Virus record (IMG/VR): IMGVR_UViG_3300045988_057044
Coordinates: 53,907-117,906 of that record
Source: a virus
Direction: 5' to 3' (one strand)
DNA length: 64,000 nucleotides
The notes under the pieces were generated by a model. The model saw only the letters and a list, made by a program, of their open reading frames with translations, made no database searches and was not told the DNA's origin. A program made the translations under genes and the position numbers. Positions 63,310 to 64,000 of this stretch are shown piece by piece (position 1 is the first letter of the stretch; each line of letters begins with the position of its first letter).

Positions 63310-63377
63310 GGTGTTATAGCGAACCGCTGACCTCTACAGCCACAATGTAGCGTTCTGCCAACTGAACTAATAACACC
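63310..63377 (-). tRNA. tRNA-His(GTG)-like with encoded G-1 and T arm reduced to a 4-bp/3-nt mini-hairpin
   Basis: minus sense G(-1)-GTGTTAT-TA-GTTC-AGTTGGCA-GAAC-G-CTACA-TTGTGGC-TGTAG-AGGTC-AGCG-GTT-CGCT-ATAACAC-C. Confidence 0.45.
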
Positions 63378-63383
63378 ATCAAA

Positions 63384-63848
63384 TTATTTAAGTAATGGCA
63401 ATAACTTTTTACCAAGAATCTTTACTGCTTTCTGTGCATCAGCTACAGTTCTGAAATAAACAACACCTGGATACTTTACATTTTGATGCATGGCGACGTA
63501 CACTCCTTTTATATCAGTTTCCGTCTTTCCAGATAGAGAAGAACCCTTTCCAAGGAAATAGCCAATATTACATTCTGTTTTGATCCATCCTTTATTTAGA
63601 TAGTTAGCAACTATTTGTAAACTAGCTAGAGAACTGAGTTGTTCTGTCATGCTTGGAGGACATACTAATGTATTCCAAAAACCATAATCTTCTTCAGACT
63701 CTACTATCTCTTTAAAGGAAGGAATTAGCATTTCCTCACTAAATGCAGTAAGAGCTAATTTCTTCAAGTCTTCATTACCGCTTTCATACCATTCGCGTGC
63801 CTGCTCTAAAGTTACCTCAAGATAGGCTTTTGTCTTAATTCTATTCAT
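63384..63848 (-). CDS. hypothetical protein (154 aa)
   Basis: ORF track. Confidence 0.45.
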   Translation of the reverse strand: MNRIKTKAYLEVTLEQAREWYESGNEDLKKLALTAFSEEMLIPSFKEIVESEEDYGFWNTLVCPPSMTEQLSSLASLQIVANYLNKGWIKTECNIGYFLGKGSSLSGKTETDIKGVYVAMHQNVKYPGVVYFRTVADAQKAVKILGKKLLPLLK

Positions 63849-63850
63849 TT

Positions 63851-64000
63851 TTGTTTATTAGTTTTTAATGGACACCAATCCGGAATTAATACCCTTTCGT
63901 AAGGTCTTAACATTCCCTCAATTAGTTTATTCCCTACTTCTTTACAAAGCGCTTTTTCATCATTGAACCAGTCATCAGGGTCAGGAGCGATTCTACAATG
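63851..64000 (-). CDS. hypothetical protein, partial (start lies beyond window end)
   Basis: Open minus-strand frame running into the window edge, same strand as all neighbours; weak. Confidence 0.25.

Noticed and set aside
1-64000. Possibility that part of the window, for example the flotillin/OmpA region, is bacterial host DNA or a prophage boundary
   Set aside because: Gene strand bias, coding density, AT content and the interspersion of tRNAs, HNH endonucleases and phage replication genes are continuous across the whole window. No integrase, att-like repeat or compositional break was seen.

Overview
This 64-kb window reads as a contiguous piece of a large AT-rich (about 35% GC by eye) dsDNA bacteriophage genome. 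Essentially every gene (about 120) lies on the minus strand with tight or overlapping junctions. Bacteroides-style lipoprotein and signal peptides, an OmpA-family protein and anaerobic ribonucleotide reductase point to an anaerobic Bacteroidota host (inference). There are no rRNA genes, CRISPR arrays or transposases.

Major modules:
- Replication and nucleotide metabolism: family-A DNA polymerase, Toprim primase, DnaB-like and SF2 helicases, P-loop ATPases, ATP-dependent DNA ligase, RNase H, dUTPase, NrdD/NrdG, two metallophosphoesterases and two HAD phosphatases.
- Transcription: a phage sigma-70 factor.
- NAD+ module: a Prs/Adps-like pyrophosphokinase, a HAD phosphatase, an NAMPT/Namat-like enzyme and an HD phosphohydrolase in one block, plus a separate NMN adenylyltransferase. 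This is consistent with phage NAD+ reconstitution (NARP-type) counter-defence.
- tRNA array: about 20 tRNA or tRNA-like genes between 43.4 and 58.8 kb, with two more at 62.1 and 63.3 kb, interleaved with HNH endonucleases. A CCA-adding enzyme and an Rnl2-type RNA ligase sit elsewhere in the window.
- Membrane module: a flotillin(SPFH)–NfeD gene pair, an OmpA-like protein, and small lipoproteins and membrane proteins.

The most unusual signals:
- Several tRNA-like genes have canonical acceptor, D and anticodon arms but a truncated or deleted T arm (Met-CAT, Gly-TCC, His-GTG).
- Other tRNAs have non-pairing acceptor stems or aberrant anticodon arms.
- One type-II (long variable arm) tRNA carries an Asn-type GTT anticodon.
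- A roughly 400-nt GC-richer non-coding stretch with two UUCG tetraloop hairpins ends in a strong intrinsic terminator (candidate structured ncRNA).
- An in-frame TAG sits inside an HTH-HNH endonuclease gene, and a second ORF is interrupted by TGA and TAG.

Everything was read by eye. Coordinates of small features may be off by 1-2 nt, and tRNA calls need tRNAscan-SE, ARAGORN or Infernal confirmation.
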